Under the pieces are notes generated by a model, which searched no databases, was not told the DNA's origin, and saw nothing but the letters and a program-made list of their open reading frames with translations. Shown here in pieces: positions 60,986-64,000 of a stretch of 64,000 bases of DNA. The translations under genes were made by a program, and so were the position numbers. The stretch spans positions 310,388,335 to 310,452,334 of the forward strand of contig NC_052146.1 of assembly GCF_902713615.1 (NCBI RefSeq), read 5' to 3'. How positions within the stretch are numbered: the first letter of the stretch is position 1; each line of letters starts with the position of its first letter. The stretch is from Scyliorhinus canicula (Eukaryota).

Positions 60986-61419
60986 TGATGAAGGCAGTTG
61001 TCTGGCGAAGGTCAGGATTTTGAACCCCGGCGAATGGCGACCTGGGCGCAAATTCCCCGAGAGGCCAGAAAAGAGAATCTCATGGCAAGATCTCGCCATG
61101 CGATTGCCGCCCCCCCCCCCTCCCCGCCATTGATGCAAGTCGGTTCCTTCACAGGAAGGTGGGGGACCATATTTAATTACATATTTACACACCATTCGGG
61201 GGCTTCCCCATTGTAAAGTCCCTCCTCTTTGGGATTTCTCCACTCACAATGACGAAGTTTACAAGAATCTGGAACAACGTGAACCAGAGAAGGAGGACCT
61301 GCTGGGGGAACACAGATAAGTACTGTCCCCAAGGGGTGAGGGACATGCCCAGGCAGTTCCCCTGGCATTGCTCTGTGGTACTGTCCCCAGAACTACCCCC
61401 ACCTGGGGCCACACCAAGG

Positions 61420-62365
61420 GGCAGTGTCAAGGGATGTTTCAGGAGACAATGCCAGGGGGCAGTGCCGGGGACAGTGCGAGGGGGTAGTGCCAGGGGCAGT
61501 GCCGGGGGCAGTACCGGGGGCAATGTCATGGGCAGTGCCAAAAGACAGGGAAGTGCCAGAGGGCAGTGCTAAAGGGCAGTACCAACTTTCAATGTCAGGC
61601 AAAGTGCCGGGGCACTTTTGGGGTAGTGCCTGGGGGAAATGTCAAGGGATGTTTCAGGGGGGAGAGTACGGGGAAATGGAGGAGGCAGTGCCAATGACAG
61701 TGCTAACGGACAGTGCCAGGGGATATTACCATCTGGCAGTGACAGGGGGCAGTGCATGTGGCAGTGCCAGGGGACAGTGTCAGGGGACAGAGTCAGGGGG
61801 CATTGCCAGGGGACAGTGTCAGGGGACAGTGTCATGTGGCAGTGACAGGGGGCAGTGTCAGGGGGCATTGCCAGGGGACAGTGTCAGGGGGCATTGCCAG
61901 GGGACAGTGTCAGGGGGCAGTGTCAGGGGACAGTGTCAGGGGGCATTGCCAGGGGACAGTGTCAGGGGGCAGTGTCAGGGGACAGTGTCAGGGGGCATTG
62001 CCAGGGGACAGTGTCAGGGGACAGTGTCAGGGGACAGTGTCAGGGGACAGTGTCAGGGGGCATTGCCAGGGGACAGTGTCAGGGGACGGCGTCAGGGGAC
62101 AGTGTCAGGGGACAGTGCCATGTGGCAGTGACGGGGGGCAGTGCATGTGGCAGTGCCAGGGGACAGCGTCAGGGGGCATTGCCAGGGACAGCGTCTAGGG
62201 GGCATTGCCAGGGGACAGTGTCAGGGGGCATTGCCAGGGACAGCATCAGGGGGCATTGCCAGGGGACAGTGTCAGGGGGCATTGCCAGGGACAGCGTCAG
62301 GGGGCATTGCCAGGGGACAGTGTCAGGGGGCATTGCCAGGGACAGTGTCAGGGGACAGTACCGGG
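61420..62365 (+). repeat. Degenerate G-rich tandem repeat (ggggcattgccaggggacagtgtca)
   Basis: 12-13 bp subunits that become more homogeneous toward the 3' end. Confidence 0.85.
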
Positions 62366-64000
62366 GACACACTGTTCAAAAAAACCTGGGAACACGCTGT
62401 CCTAAAAAACCTGGGAACACACTGCCCTGACAAAACCTGGGAACACACTGCCCTGACAAAACCTGGGAACACTCTGCCCTGACAAAACCTGGGAACACGC
62501 TGCCCTGAAACCTGGGAACACACTGCCCTGAAACCTGGGAACACACTGTCCCGACAAAACCTGGGAACACACTGCCCTGAAACCTGGGAACACACTGCCC
62601 TGAAACCTGGGAACACACTACCCTGAAACCTGGGAACACACTGCCCTGAAACCTGGGAACACACTGCCCTGAAACCTGGGAACACGCTGCCCTGAAACCT
62701 GGGAACACGCTGCCCAGACAAAACCTGGGAACACACTGCCCTGAAACCTGGGAACACACTACCCTGAAACCTGGGAACACACTGCCCTGAAACCTGGGAA
62801 CACGCTGCCCCGACAAAACCTGGGAACACACTGCCCTGAAACCTGGGAACACTCTGCCCTGAAACCTGGGAACACACTGCCCTGAATCCTGGGAACACAC
62901 TACCCTGAAACCTGGGAACACACTGCCCTGAAACCTGGGAACACGCTGCCCCGACAAAATCTGGGAACACACTGCCCTGAAACCTGGGAACACACTGCCC
63001 CGACAAAACCTGGGAACAAACTGCCCTGAAACCTGGGAACACACTGTCCTGAAACCTGGGAACACACTGCCCTGACCAAACCTGGGAACACGCTGCCCCG
63101 GCAAAACCTGGGAACACACTGCCCTGAAACCTGGGAACACGCTGCCCCGACAAAACCTGGGAACACACTGTCCTGAAACCTGGGAACACACTGCCCTGAC
63201 CAAACCTGGGAACACACTGCCCCGACAAAACCTGGGAACACACTGCCCTGACCAAACCTGGGAACACGCTGCCCCGACAAAACCTGGGAACACACTGCCC
63301 TGAAACCTGGGAACACACTGCCCTGAAACCTGGGAACACACTGCCCCGACAAAACCTGGGAACACACTGCCATGAAACCTGGGAACACACTGCCCCGACA
63401 AAACTTGGGAACACACTGCCCTGACAAAACCTGGGAACACACTGTCCGGTCAAAAACTGGGAATACACAGCCCTGACAAAACCTGGGAACACAGTGCCCT
63501 GAAACCTGGGAACACACTGCCCTGAAACCTGGGAACACACTGCCCTGAAACCTGGGAACACACTGCCCTGAAACCTGGGAACATGTTGCCCTAACAAAAC
63601 CTGGGAACACACTGCCCTGAAACCTGGGAACACACTGCCCTGAAACCTGGGAACGCACTGCCCTGAAACCTGGGAACACACTGCCCTGACAAAACCTGGG
63701 AACACACTGCCCTGAAACCTGGGAACACTCTGCCCTGAAACCTGGGAACACACTGCCCCGACAAAACCTGGAAACACACTGCCCTGAAACCTGGGAACAC
63801 ACTGCCCCGACAAAACCTGGGAACACACTGCCCCGACAAAACCTGGGAACACACTGCCCTGAAACCTGGGAACACACTGCCCTGAAACCTGGGAACACAC
63901 TGCCCTGAAACCTGGGAACACTCTGCCCTGAAACCTGGGAACACACTGCCCCGACAAAACCTGGGAACACACTGCCCCGACAAAACCTGGGAACACACTG
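62366..64000 (+). repeat. Satellite C, 23/27-bp units (cctgaaacctgggaacacactgc), runs off the window
   Basis: Tandem units. Confidence 0.95.

Noticed and set aside
61424-63998. G/Q/C-rich and 557-aa ORFs
   Set aside because: Translations of satellites.

Overview
Eukaryotic genomic DNA, repeat-saturated and most consistent with a cartilaginous fish. The CR1/L2-clade LINE relics and tRNA-derived SINEs look like those I associate with sharks, possibly a catshark; this is inference, not a database result. Nearly all long ORFs in the track are artefacts of stop-free minisatellites or decayed LINEs. Hand splicing recovers two paralogous, convergently transcribed Ig-superfamily receptor genes that the ORF track shows only in fragments. 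Gene A (minus strand, 56211 to 22523) is complete: 7 exons, 1104 nt, 367 aa, all introns GT-AG and in phase. Its architecture is leader, two antigen-receptor-like V domains each with a germline-joined J-type G strand in the same exon (no RSS, no C domain), an uncharged TM, and a tail with TVYTSV (ITSM), LFYADI (ITIM) and TVYAAV (ITSM). Gene B (plus strand, 4451-13735) has the same exon and phase structure from the end of the last V exon onward. Its V exon body is lost in a 100-N gap, its first 30 bp are identical to gene A's V2 exon end, and all three of its tyrosine motifs deviate from consensus at position -2. The best candidate for a new system is this pair of non-rearranging, Ig-light-chain-like VJ-VJ signalling receptors. 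The rest of the window is satellites, minisatellites, LINEs, SINEs, a Harbinger-like MITE and putative solo LTRs.
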